Source: the human T2T-CHM13v2.0 reference genome, Homo sapiens. Taken from it: a DNA stretch of 64,000 nucleotides. Positions 27,184-41,694 of this stretch are shown here, piece by piece. A program made the translations under genes and the position numbers. Numbering within the stretch: the stretch's first letter is position 1; each line of letters begins with the position of its first letter. The stretch lies in NCBI RefSeq assembly GCF_009914755.1, contig NC_060937.1; one strand, 5' to 3'. The notes below the pieces were generated by a model. That model saw only the letters and a program-made list of their open reading frames with translations, searched no databases and had not been told where the DNA came from.

Positions 27184-28284
27184 TACACAAAGAAAATTTT
27201 GTATCACATAAATATAATCATATATAGATGTATATGTTTTGCTCCAAATATATGGCTATTCTTCTTCATTAAGTGAGTTTAATTACACTGATTATAATAC
27301 ATTTTATTTCACATGACTATCTACAAAAACAGTAAAGTCAGGAGTTTATTTATTTTTAATAATTTAGTTAGTTCAGAGAGTTGTACTCTGCAATGATTCT
27401 CTGTTGCATGAACTGCTTTTCATGAACTAGTTTTTGTAACACAAAAACCTTCCATGTTTTTACCATAATTACATTTTATGACAAAACAAAAAGTCACAGA
27501 GCAGAAGAAAAATGGGACAGAATTTAAAAATCATTACTATACAAAGAGGGGTAATCTGGGAATGCATTCTTTTTTTTTTTTTTTAAGAAGAGACAAACGC
27601 TAAGAACCAAAGATAACCACCAGCAACTTGCCTCTCAGTGGAAGAAGGGTGAACAAACTGTTGTCCCTCCTTCTCTAAGCTCCTTCCACTTATTTTCTAA
27701 TCATAAGAAGGAAGAAGCGGACACCTAATTGTTTTGTACAAGTTCATCACTTTGGGATTCACTTCTGTGACAGAAACGTAAAGACAGCCTAGAGACGGTG
27801 GCAGGAGTGCCAATGGTGGAGCCGGGTGGAGGTGCACATCTGTTCTGACCCACTTGGAACGCCTGGTCATCAACATTGGAGGAGAGAATTTGGAGTCTGG
27901 CACAGAGAGAGAGCATCCATTCTATCTCAGGACAATGATGTAGTTATGATAGGAAAAGCCACATGGATTTTCATGGAAGGACACAGTTCCACTGGAAACT
28001 TCTTTTCCTACGAATACTGCTCTTTTTCTGTTGCTAAAGTGGAAAACATCTCCATTCCAATTCATCAGCAGGTGCAGGGCTATGCAAGCACGGCACACGA
28101 GCTTGCGATGGTATATCTGCTGTAACGTCACCCCAGCCAAGGCTGGGACTATGAAAACTGTCCTCAAAGGCTACACTTAGGACTTTAACATTTTTACTTT
28201 TCTGAAACAAATCTGACACAGCAATCATCCACTTTCTTCTGTCTTTATCTGACATAAACATTTCTTTTAAAAAACAGAAGCTTG

Positions 28285-28703
<419 letters not shown>

Positions 28704-31002
28704 CTACAACTCTATAAACTAGATAAGTGAATTCTAGTTAACATATCAAGGAAGAAACATTTTTAAAAATATGGTTACTTCATCACAGGAACGTGGCAGC
28801 ATACTCCCTGTATTCACTACACAGTGGCTTAAAAGACGCATGGCAATGCTAGTGACTCTCTGGTTATGTCCGATTCTCCAAGACAACTAATTTGCTTGGG
28901 CTCGGCAAGGGCTCTGTCATAAGGAAGGTGTGCAGGAGCACTGCAATCAATTTAGGACATGGGGGCAGCACCTCAGAGACACACTGCACCTCCACATCCG
29001 TTCTCCTCTTTCTGTAAGAAGATATGATTGGAAGTCAGGTGGGCGCCTTGTGAGTGGTGTCCTGAAGGAATGATCCATGCCCCTTCCTCCTTGGGGATGC
29101 AGCCAGTCAGAAGTGTGGGCCTGTAATGGGGCAGCCGCCTCCTGTGCTGGGCAGGGGCACTTGCACGGCTATTGTTTTGGGTCTCTTGCACAGCAACTAG
29201 ACCTGTATCCCTACCTCACAGGATACCCCAACTTCAGGCCCAAATGCCACCCCCAAACAGTACCATGAATACACAACCAACAGCGGGGCTGAGGCTGCTG
29301 GAGGTGCAACAGATGCCATGCCCTTGGTAGAGCTGTGCCCTAGGTGGGAGGAGCTGGACACTCAAAATGTGGCCTGCACAGTCTTTTGCCAGCAAGGTCC
29401 CTCCAGCATAGTGAAGGGCAGAGAAAGGTAGACACGTACTTTTCATCCTATTAAGATGCAAGTGCTATTTAAAACGAAAGCAAAGAGACTAGGACCATCT
29501 ATGAATTAAATTCTAGTATAACAAACTTTGAATAACTACATTTTTAGTCAAAAGGCTTTTAGAATTCGTTTACAACATATACACAGTCCAATGTACTCTG
29601 TCTTATTTAAAAGGGGTATTTGTCAGTTTTTCTTTTTATGCTGGAATCCTAATCTACTAAATGATGAGAACTCATGGACCACTGGTAGCCTTTCTCGTAT
29701 GAAGCAGTTTGGATGTGAGGGTATCTTCTGTAATGGAATACAGCCTGCTGTTTTAATCTGATACTCCAACAAGATACGAGCGCTTGTACTACTGATGATA
29801 AGCGTCTCTCAGGGTGGAAGCCCCGGAATTTGTAGCATACAGTTAAGGGGCTTTGTCTTTGAAACATTTTCTTCATGGTGATTTGCCAGAACTAGTTTGG
29901 CAGCCTTTGCAGTATAGAGCAGAGTTTAATTCTGTTTAGATTCAAGCTGAATACAGCTTTGTTTTATCTTGAAAGCAGGCCCACTTCAATAGTGGCATTT
30001 GATCTGAGCTAAGAAATGTCTTAAGTTCCCTGGTTTCATCAGCTCATAACTGAGTTCCCACATCCCCCATAAACAGAGTTATAAAAATAAGACCTTTCAG
30101 AATGGTAGAAAGAGACATCAGGATTTGTGCATGCATCATTTCCTAGACAGCCAGGGGTCTGCCTTATCCTGATCCCCCTGCCTGAATCCAGGTCTTCTGG
30201 CACACACATGCCCCGTTGTGTCTTGCTCTTTAATTACAGGTTTGGGTTCAGGACTACACCTCAAGACATGCTAAATAAATTATCTCCACCTGACACCTTT
30301 CATCATAGGTTTGCAAGTCTGTGGCTAAGACCTACAATTCCACTGTTGTTTGAACACAATTGCTGAATTCCTGCTAATTCAACCTAATATTAAGTCCTTA
30401 TTACCATTTCACTCATTCATCTGGAAAAATAAAATATAGCATTTCATCTTAAGCGCTGGAATTATGATATCCTCTTCCTTTTAAATTGAAGTTTTCTTCT
30501 TCCTAAGGGATATTTGTCAGATGGATAAAAGCTTTCACACTTCCTTCAGGATATTTAACGTGTGGATCTGATTTCAAAAGCAAACCATGCAAACATCTTT
30601 GTAGTTTTCCTTTTATTACGGTGAGAGACATAGATTTTCAAATCCTATTGCTGTCCCAAGGCATGCCTATTTAAACCTTCCTTGAGTTACATAATCTCAG
30701 TGATCCCATACGAAAGACAAAACTTGGAGCCAGCAAAGCAGCCTGTCAGGAAACCCATGGATATGGTCACTTGCTTTAGAACTTCAGAGAATGGAAGGCT
30801 CTTTGATCATTTTTACTTGCCTATAGCCCTACTCTAATGCCACGATTTTCCAGGGCCGGAAATGGAAAGGTAGCAATGAGCCATTTACTTACTATCTATT
30901 TTCAGTTTCAAACACAGAACAGGGGCTAGTGCAGAGCAAGCACTCAGTAACTGTGTGCTAGATATGGAATAACGGAACTAACCATTTCTCCCAATTATAC
31001 TC

Positions 31003-31298
31003 TTTTTAAATTTTTTTAGAGACATGGTCTCACTCTGTGACTCAGGCTGGAGTGCAGAGGCATGAGCATGTCTCACTGTAACCTGGAGCTCCTGGGCTCA
31101 AGTAGCCTCAGACCTCAGCCTCCTGAGTAGCTGGGACCACAAGTGTGCACCACCATAATTGGCTAATTTTTAAAAAAAATTTTTGTAGAGATGAGGGTCT
31201 CTCTCTGTTTCCCAGGCTAGTTTTGAACTCCTGGCCTCAAGTGATCTGCTTACCTTGTCAAGTGCTGGGATTACAGGTGTTAGCCACTGTGCTCAGCC
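31003..31298 (-). mobile_element. Alu (AluJ-like)
   Basis: Diverged reverse dimer, TSD aa(t/c)tatactctt. Confidence 0.93.
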
Positions 31299-31404
31299 AA
31301 CTATACTCTTAAATAGTATACCATTTCTTCATGTCCAGCTATAAATGTAGAAATGCTTTAGCTAAAATTTATTTTCAAATGATTTTTATCACTGGAACAT
31401 TATA

Positions 31405-31683
31405 CAGTTGACTCTTGAACAACACAAGTGGATCCACTTATATGTGGATTTCTTTCAATGAATACAGTCGAATACATATTGGCAGGTTCTGCAACCACAA
31501 CCAAACGCAGGTGGGAAATACAGTATTTCAGGGATGTGAAACCTGCATCTATGGAGGGCTGAATTTTCCTGTCTGCAGGTTCCACATGGCCAATCACAGG
31601 ACTTGAACATGCTCAGATTTTGGTATCCATGCTCGGGGGGTGGGTCCTAGAACCAATTCCCCACAGATGCTGAGGGTCACTAT
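31405..31683. mobile_element. TcMar-Tigger MITE (Tigger2/MER8-like)
   Basis: ta|cagttgactcttgaacaaca ... cagatgctgagggtcac|tata. Confidence 0.75.
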
Positions 31684-31684
31684 A

Positions 31685-32015
31685 CAGTAGTCCTCCCAAC
31701 TCAAGTGAAAAGGTAACAGCAGCTTTCCTATCCACAGTTTCAGTTACCTATGGTCAACTTCGCTCCAAAAATAGGCAGGTGTACCATAATTACATATTTT
31801 GAGAGAGGGAGACACCACATTCATAAAACTTTTATTACAGTACATAAGTTGTCCTATCTTATTGCTGTTAATCTCTTACTGTGCCTAATTTATAAATGTC
31901 ACTTTATCATAGGTATGTATGTATAGTATATATAGAGTTCAGTACTATCTGTAGCTTCAGGCATCCACCTGGGGCCTTGAAACATATCCCTTGAGAATAA
32001 GCGGAGGACCCCTAT
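31685..32015. mobile_element. MER44-type Tigger MITE
   Basis: cagtagtcc ... tttcagttacctatggtcaac ... ctcttactgtgcctaatttataaat ... caggcatccacctggggccttgaaacatatccc. Confidence 0.75.
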
Positions 32016-33195
32016 AAACCACGAGTATAGAAATGCAACCTATTGCTCTGATGTGTGTTATAAACTTCCCAAGGGCATGGCCTACATATTGTGCCCATGT
32101 CTGGACTTACTGCAGTACTGGAAGCACAACGGGAACTCGACAGCAATCTGCTGAATGAATGGATGGACAGATGGACACCATGGGATTCTTTCACAATGAC
32201 ATTCAATGTTACTGACAACTGGACATCTGGCTGAGATGCAGAGTCCAGGAATAATATTTCTGGTTTACAAGACCGGTGTATTGGGTTGTACTACAAGGGC
32301 AGTTTCATTTAAGTAATTTATTTTCGACTAGGGAAGTGAGTGGTATTAGGGTAAGAATGGTAGTGAAATATATTAAATACATTGACTATATACCAATGAT
32401 GATGTGACACTGTCTGAGAGAGTACATTTCAAGACCACCACACAACAACCATCCAAAAAGGCCTCTGATATGGAATAATCCTATTCATTATTTCAGAAGT
32501 ATTTTTCTTCGCCGGATTCTTTTGAGCATCTACCATATCTGTTTTGCAGATAAGAAGATACTATGGTGTTAAAAACAAATTTGGATCTTAGGCTGTAAAT
32601 GATTTTTAAAAATAGTTCTTTGACTACATTATTTGATAGATGATGTAAGGTTTCTCAGGCTAATTTTGGTACCACATCTCCAGGTCTGGATCATGCAGAG
32701 AATCTGAGTAGGGCTTCCTAGAGTATGTTATCTCCTTCAAGCCTTAGAGACTCTAAACAAACAATGGGCTAGTAATACTGTATGAGCTCATATAATCTTG
32801 TTGTTCACACTTGCACCTGTTGTAATCAGGATAACAAGGCAGGAAGAAGCAAGTTCCTGAGCTCGTCTTCATAGAAAGACCATTTTGAGTTCTCACATTC
32901 TCTGTGTACAATATCACTGGTCTGCTAAAAAAGATACTCCAGAAGTGTTTAACGATTTAACCACAATGTAGAGCAGAGGACATATCCTTCTATTTGCCTC
33001 ACACATCCATGCTCTCTCTCTCTCTCTCACTCACTCTCTCAATGTGTGGGCATGTTCCATGCATCACTGGAGACTAGTGCTTCTAACTGATAAAAAGTCC
33101 CTACTGACAGTTTACCAAAACCCATGAAATAACAGTGCCCAACAGACAGGAATTCTCCATTTGGAATATAAAGTGTTGTTAAGTGGAACAGTTAT

Positions 33196-33765
33196 TGTGG
33201 TGGACACACTCTCAGGAGGCCCCCATGACCCATCCTCCTGATGGTCACACCTTTGTGGAATCCCCTGCCTTAAATATAGACAGAAGCTGCTCCTTGCTCC
33301 TAACCAACTGAATATGGCAGTGGTTCCGGATGTCACTCCTGTGAATACATTGTGTTATCCATGATGTCTCCATCTCGCTAGCAAGCTCACTCTAGAACAC
33401 TCCTTGTTAGCTAGAGGAAGAAGGTGACCATGTTGGGAAAGCCCACTGTCAGAGGTCTGGGGGAGGACCCTGGAACCTGGGGGGCCCTCTAGGACCTGTG
33501 GGTAGCCTAGAGCCAACCGGTAAGAAGCCTGTCCTCAGTGCTATAACTGTAGGACATGAATTATGCCAATAACCTGGGTGATGCAGCCAAGCTCCCAGAT
33601 GAGACTGCAGCCCTGCCAGCAACTTGCCTGCAGCCTTGTGTGACCCCCAGGCACAGCAAGCAGCTACACTGTGTTGACTCCTGATCCAAACCAACTGTGA
33701 GATAGGCACTGTTTTAAGCCACTACATTTGTAGAAATTTTTATACAGCAATTGAAAACTAATACC
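33196..33765 (+). mobile_element. MaLR solo LTR (MLT1F/G-like)
   Basis: tgtggtggac ... gatgagactgcagccctg ... ttttaagccactacatttg ... cagcaattgaaaactaatac. Confidence 0.8.
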
Positions 33766-33798
33766 AATATCTATTTTTTTAAATGAGACTTAGGTTAA

Positions 33799-34193
<395 letters not shown>

Positions 34194-34868
34194 CTTTGTA
34201 AATATTTTTTAATTTTTTTTTGTAAATATTTTACTAGCTTATATTTTATAAATAGACTTGAAAAGAGCGATTTGCCCAAGGCTACTGGCAGAGATTAGTA
34301 AGTGTTCCTTCCTTCATTTTCCCCTTTTTCCTTTTAGAAACAGAATAATACCCTTTTCTTGCTAAGTGTGAACAGGACTCTCGATTGCTGTGGCAGTGAC
34401 TGCATTTCCCAGATGCCCCGAGGCGTGTGGCTGTGCGACTATATTCTTGAAAATGGCTGTGAGTAAAGGTGACGTGTGCAGCTGGGTTCTGCAAAAGGAA
34501 GCTACTCGCCCTCCTTGTCCTCTTTCTCCTTTCCTGCTAGCTTTGAAATGGTGAAGACTGTAATCACCACCTTGGACTCAAAGGTGAACACCAGATGTTG
34601 ATGAAGCTACCAGCTCACTGGTTCTATCTGCTAGCTTGATAGGCAAGGGGAGGCCAAGTTTACACCCGGCTTGATTTTACATCACTAACACCAAAACTGA
34701 TGTCTATGCCACATTCATGTTGTGTATGTATGACACCTGTAACTTTTAACTTTGTTTCTACCATGTCTGCTAAAATACATATCAAAACACACCACAGAGC
34801 TATTTTTACAGCTGAAAAGAAAGTTCTTACACAAGCTATGTTAAGTAAATACTATAGTTTAAAATGTT

Positions 34869-35190
34869 GACCAGGCACGGTGGCTCATGTCTGTAATCCC
34901 AGAACTTTGGGAGGCCAATAAAAACAGATTGCTTGAGCCCAGGAATTTGAAACCAGCATGGGTAACATGGTGATAACCCATCTCTACCAAAAAAACAAAA
35001 CAAAACAAAAACAACCCAAAAATTAGCTAGGCGTGGTAGCCCACCTATAGTCCCAGCTACTCAGGAGGCTGAGGTAAGAAGGATCACCTGAGCCTGGGAG
35101 CAGAGGTGGCAGTGAGCTGAGATCACACCACTGTACTCCAGCCTGGGTGACAGAGTGAGACTCTGTCTCAAAAACAAAACAAAACAAAAA
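34869..35190 (+). mobile_element. Alu (AluJ-like)
   Basis: Dimer with expanded (AAAAC)n linker and tail. Confidence 0.95.
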
Positions 35191-36190
35191 CCCACACAAA
35201 GTAGTATGGCAGATGTAATGTTAAGGACACACAAAATATTAACTAGGAGCACATCTCTTCAGTATGCTAACCTCGACTGTTAATGTAATTTATATGTAAT
35301 ATTAAAAAACCCCTGGAAATACAGGATTGTGTCTATCAAAAGCAAATCTACTAGCAGAGCAGGGATGTAACTGACTCAAATGGAAATACATTTATTAGAT
35401 GAGACATAGAAAGGTAACATGGATCTAATTAAGACAAATGAAAAACAACCACCACAGAACCAGAACCAACAAATACTTGCTCTTTTTCTTCCCAGTCAAA
35501 ACTCTTTAACATTGCTTTTTCTCTCTCCTCCAACATCTGCTGAGAAAATGGTAAATTGCCCTGTCATTCTAAAGGAACCCATGCTAACATTGGGAAAGTG
35601 TCAGAGAAGTTAACACAGAAAATAAGGACGTCCATGGTCAGGAGAGTCAGCCCAGGACAGCAACGGGGCCTCTGTAGGAACAGGTACTGTGTCTGAACCC
35701 TGATCAGGCAGCTCTGGGAGTCAATGAAACCCCTGAGGCACACGACAAGAAGGGTTCTGTTTTTGTTTTCATGATAATCATAAGTCCTTCAGTAAAGGAG
35801 GTGTGTCTGCATAGGATCAGGGAAAATCCATGAAAGGAAAAATGGAAAAGGACATGAGTGCCCTTTGTAGACCATGAGATTTTCTCTCCAGGCATAGAGT
35901 ACAACAAAAAGTGATGCAGAAAGGACAGTAACTTCTCAATGGGAAGGAGTCCAAGGGCAGGTGTATCACCCACAGATTGCACACAAGTGTGCAAGGAAGC
36001 AGGTGTGTGGGGGGAGGGCTATAACTGGGCTTTGTGGGCAGAGGCTCCATTCCTGTAGGGGCTCATAGCTTTAGAACCCAGGTCTCCGCCTGCCGTGGGG
36101 AATCAGGCAGCCAGCACCTCTACCCTGTTAGATAAACTTGCAATACAAAAAGGAGAGGGACAAATGGGACAATTTGATGTCACATACGGC

Positions 36191-36569
36191 TGCTATGGTC
36201 CCTTCTAAAACTCATGTTGAAACTTAATCCCCAAAGCAGCAGTATTGAGAGGTGGGGCCTTTAAGAGGTGACCGGATCATGAGGGCCCTGACTTCATAAA
36301 CAGACTATCATGGGAGTGGGACTGGTGGCTTTATAAGAAGAGGAAGAGAGACCTGAGCTAGCCCATGAGCACACTCAGCACCCTTGCCATGTGAGGCCCT
36401 TTCCCATCTTGGGACTCTGCGGCGTCCCCACCAGCAGGAGGGCTCTCACCAGATGCAGATCCTCAACCTTGGATTTACATGCCTCCATTACTGTAAAAAA
36501 TAAACTCCTCTTTGTAAATTACCCGGTTTCAGGTATTCTGTTATAAGCAACAGAAAATGGGCTAGGAAA
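36191..36569 (+). mobile_element. MaLR solo LTR (MST family)
   Basis: tgctatggt ... actcatgttgaaacttaatcccca ... gaggtggggcctttaagaggtga ... aattacccggtttcaggtattctgttataagcaacagaaaatgggcta. Confidence 0.85.
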
Positions 36570-36597
36570 GGGCCTACTGACTTCTTTCATTAAACAG

Positions 36598-37815
36598 GCA
36601 AGCAGAACCCTGGAATGGCTTCCTCAGACCCTGTCCTGCTCAGACTTCACTTCCTGTCACTCTCCCGTTGTTCACTGTGCTCCAGACATGCCACTGACTT
36701 GCTGGTCCAGTAGCCTCCAGGTAAGCTCCTGATCCTAGCTCTCTCCTCTCTGCCTCAGATACTCTTCCCCCAGGTCGATCCATATGGCTCATTCTCACTT
36801 TCCTCAATGTCTTTTTAAATTACGCTTCTTCAACAAGACCTTCTCTGATGAGTAAAAAAAGGGGAGGGGGTCAGGATGCTGTCTCAGTGCCAATTCCAGG
36901 CACAATTGGAACAACCGGTTTCACTGCTGTCCCCCTGCCCCCAGGCAGCTGGGACCTCAGCATCGAAGTCTGTGCAGATGAACTCCCACTCCATACCCTC
37001 TTGCTCAATCAGGGCCTAACTCCCCTGCCTGCCAGCTTGGCCTCCCCCAGGTGCTCTCTGGTGTGGCTGATGTCCTGCAATTGGGCTGGAATCCTCACCT
37101 TCAGAGCCACTCACCCACCACCAGAGACCGCCACTGCCCCCTCCCCATTAATCTAATCAGCCAGCACCTGGGATTATTTCAGTGGGAAGATTTATTGAAG
37201 AGGGGGTAGAACACACGAGTTTATTATTTTCTAATGAGTTTGTATTGTCCCTTTACAGTCTTCATAGAGAAAACTGGAGAGGCTGTCCTAACTTCACCTC
37301 AGCATTGGCCGTGGCAGCGAGGGCCTGCCCTGTGTCTTGTGCGTGCTCACCACCCTTTCCTCTGTACCTCTGCATGGCGCATAAACACTAGGCACAGAGA
37401 CTTGAAAATCATCCATCTTTCCAAACCTCACTGAATTCACAACTGGCCAGCACTAGAGAGGACCCTGACCTCATGGCTGCACAGTCACTGGGGGGTGCAG
37501 ACAGTAAATCCGGGATCACTGGACAGTCACACTGCAACAAGTGCTATGGGAATGCAGGCTCTGCACTTACCGGCTGCACAGCCAACACCAGATCCCACAA
37601 CCACCCTGACCGTGGCCACACCCACCTCCTAGGGCTATGGCATGGGCTAAAGGAGAGAAGGGAAGGGAAAAGTGTGCACTGTGCTGGTCCTCGGGATGGT
37701 CCAGTTTGTCAGCTGCTAACAGAATCCTTTCTAAGCAGGGTGGACATCAGACATCTCTTTGTATCAGTGACTAGTGGGGTGTCTTCAATAAATATTTACA
37801 CAAACAATGATAAAA
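36598..37815 (+). ncRNA. Candidate spliced non-coding transcript (exons 36598-36720 and 37259-~37815)
   Basis: Acceptor actgacttctttcattaaacag|, donor CAG|gtaagc, acceptor ttctaat...tttgtattgtccctttacag|, AATAAA 37787-37792. Motif evidence only. Confidence 0.3.
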
Positions 37816-37963
37816 GGAGCAAGAATATTAGACATAAATGACTATAATTTGGAAACAATTTACATCTGTAAGTTCAAATTCTTTTTCTATAATTAACCAG
37901 TTTCAAAAATCAGTAAAATTATAAAGTTATCAACAAATAGGTAACATGTAACTAATTTGCTGA

Positions 37964-37965
<2 letters not shown>

Positions 37966-38006
<41 letters not shown>
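37966..38006. repeat. (CA)20 microsatellite
   Basis: Uninterrupted AC run of 41 nt. Confidence 0.98.
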
Positions 38007-38007
<1 letters not shown>

Positions 38008-39308
38008 CTGCATTTCTGAAGTGACAAAACAAAATTAAAATAATACTGCTATTAGCTTCTCATAAGCTTAGGCCAAGGTGTATGTGAAATACTGAAGAAT
38101 GCATGACTCCTACACAGACTCTTCCCTAACAGTCATGTTTCATTTGAAACCCGTGAAATGTGGTGTTTGCACAGCCACATCCTCATTTCAGTGTCTCTTA
38201 CCTATTAACCCTTACCTAATAACTCTAAATGATTCACTCAACTTCCTTGGTTTGAATAATTGCTGCTCCCCAAACTTATTTTCTCATTTTAATGGTGAAA
38301 GATCCCCCTAAGATCCTATTAAAAAGTACATCCTATTAACTTTCCTTTACATTGCCTAAGAGGTAAAAAGCCAGACGTGTGCAATTAGGAGGTGTGTCTT
38401 ACGAAGGATTATGCTCCTGCTAAGATGAAACTAAATTAATAAAGACAATAAAAACAACTTCACCTCCAGGAATCCGTAACAACTGCCCCCCCACTTCCCA
38501 TGTAAAGGCATTCCAGAGCTTATTAACTGCACATTCTAAAGGATAGCCCAGGGCTTGTGACAGTATGTCATTTGCAGGTCATGTTACCACCTGTATTTTG
38601 TTCAGAATAACTGACAGAAATAAAGAATGTGACTGAGCCACCGAAATGACTAAGGCTGCCTGCATTCTATCAACATGTGATCAATCCTCCCTGATTGTCT
38701 CATCTGAAGAATTTCCAAAATTCCTGATGCAAGAGTTTTTAGCAATTTTTTTTTAACAACAACAACAAAAAAAACGGCTACAGTTGTGGCTGAAATATAT
38801 GGAAAACTTGGGTAATGCCAAACAGTACATATTATGGAAATTTAAAAAACATATTAGATAAAAATATTCAATACCATTAGTTAAAAGTAGTATTCACTAT
38901 AAATAATGCTGCTGCGCTGAAGTATTCTTACAATTATTAGTATAAAAAGAGAATCAACTAGCATTACTTTAAAATGCTATAATATTATAGGTATTTTATA
39001 TATAGAAGCTCTGTAAGAGCTTTCTTCTCACATCTCCTAAGTTTGAAGGTTTGAGGTGTAATGTTAAAAGGATCTGTGGTGAATGACAACTTGTTGAAGG
39101 CTGAGGTGAGCTGATGGCCTCATATTTCCTTCTAGATCTATAGGTTACAACGTTAAACCTAATCCCTCAGAACACTAGCCAGAACACCCTTCCCAGGAAA
39201 GCTGGTCTCTAACTTCTATGGCAATTCAGTCTCCCTCTTCCTGGGAAGGAATGGAGGCATTGAGTGTGGCCCATCACAGCCCTTCCCTGCTCTAAGACAG
39301 TGACTCTT

Positions 39309-39498
39309 CTTTAAAAAATTGAGATAAACATCACATACCATATAATTCACTCTTTTCAAGTGTACACTTAAATGGTTTTCAGTATATTCACAAAATTGTG
39401 CAACTTTAAAAAACTGAGATAAACATCACACACCATACAATTCACTCTTTTCAAGTGTACACTTTAATGGTTTTCAGTATATTCACAAAATTGTGCAA
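39309..39498. repeat. 95-bp tandem duplication of the L1M 3' terminus
   Basis: 39309-39403 versus 39404-39498, four mismatches. Confidence 0.95.
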
Positions 39499-41152
39499 CC
39501 ATCATCACTAACTCCAGCACATTTTCTCACTCCCAAGAGAAACCCCGGGCCCATTCGCTGTCCCTCTCCATTCCTCCTTCCTTCAGCTCCTGGTAACCAC
39601 TGATCTATTTTCTGTCTCTATGGATTTACCTGTTCTGGACATTTCATATAAATGAAATCACACAATAGAGGTTTTTTGTGTCTAGTTTGTCGCACCGAGC
39701 GTAATGTTTTCAAAGTCTATCCATGTTGTAGCAATACTTCATTTCTTTTTATGACCAATTTTCCATTGAGTGGATACAAGGCTTTTGTGCATCCAGTCAT
39801 CTATTGAGTGGTTTCCACTTTTTGACTATCATGAATAATGCTGTTATGTACATTTGTGCATACATTTTTGGGTGGGCATATGTTTTCAGTTCTATTGGGT
39901 GAGAGTTCCCTACCACCTGGGAGTGGAACTGCTGGGCCATCTGGTAACTCTGTTTAACTTTTTGAGGAGCTATGAGACTGTTTCCCAGAGCTGCTGTACC
40001 CTTTTACATTCTCACCAGCAACGTGTGAGGGTTCCAATTTCTCCACATCCACACCAACACTTGCTACTGCCCATCTTTTTATTATATCCATCCCAGTGGG
40101 AATGAAGTAGTCTCGCACTGTGGTTTTGATTTGCATATCCCTAATGATGCTGAACATCTTTTCATGTGCTAATTTGTCATTTTTGTATCTTCCTTGGAGA
40201 AATATCTCTTCAAACCCTTTGCTCACTTTAAAATGGGTTGCTTTTCTAAAGATTAAACTCTGATCAGATACATATTCTCCCATTCTGTGGGTTATTTCAC
40301 TTTCATGGTAGTGTTCTTTGGATACAAATTTGAACTCATTAAAATTAAAAAATTTGTCCCCATTAAAATAAAAAAAATCTTCTGTTTCTTTGGTTGTTTA
40401 TGCTTTAGGTGATGTATCTAAGAAGCCATTGCCTAATCCAAGGTCATAAATGTGTACGTAATCCTATGTTTTCTTCTAGGAATATTCCAGTTTTAACTCT
40501 TAAATTTAGGTCTTTGATCTATTTTGAGTTAATTTTTGTATATAGTACAAGGTAGGAGTCCAATTTCATTCTTTTGCATGTGGAGATCCAGTTTTCCCAG
40601 CACCATTCTTCGAAAGGACAATTCTTTCCCCAATTAGTTGTCAACTGAACATAAATGTATGGCTTTTTTTTTTCTGGAATCTCAGTTGTATTCCATTGAC
40701 CTGTATGTTTATCCTTATGCCAGCACCACACAGTCTTGATTACTGTAGCTCTGTAGTAACTGCTTCAATTGGGAAGTGTGAGCCCTCTAGCTTTGTTCCT
40801 TTTCAAGATTGTTTTGGCTATTCTGGGTCTCCCACATTTCCGTGAGAAATTTTATTAGATTTGTCATTTTCTATAAAAAAAAGCAGCTGAGGTTTTGATA
40901 GAGATTGTGTTAAATCTGTAGGTCAATTTGGGGTGTATTGCCATCTTTAACAATAGTAAGTCTTACAATCCATGAACATGAGACATCTTTCCATTTATTT
41001 AGGTCTTCTTTCTTTCAATAATGTTTTACAGTTTGTACTTTACAAGTCTTGAATTTCTTTTGCTAAATTTATTCCTAAGTATTTTACTCTTCCAGATGCT
41101 ATTGTAAATAGAACGGTCTTCTTAATTTAATTTTTAGGTTGTTTATTGCTAG

Positions 41153-41694
<542 letters not shown>

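Noticed and set aside
29655-29766. C/D-box snoRNA-like arrangement (ATGATGA 29661, CTGA 29758)
   Set aside because: No terminal stem, no convincing internal boxes, no long guide complementarity I can verify, and opposite to the presumed host strand.
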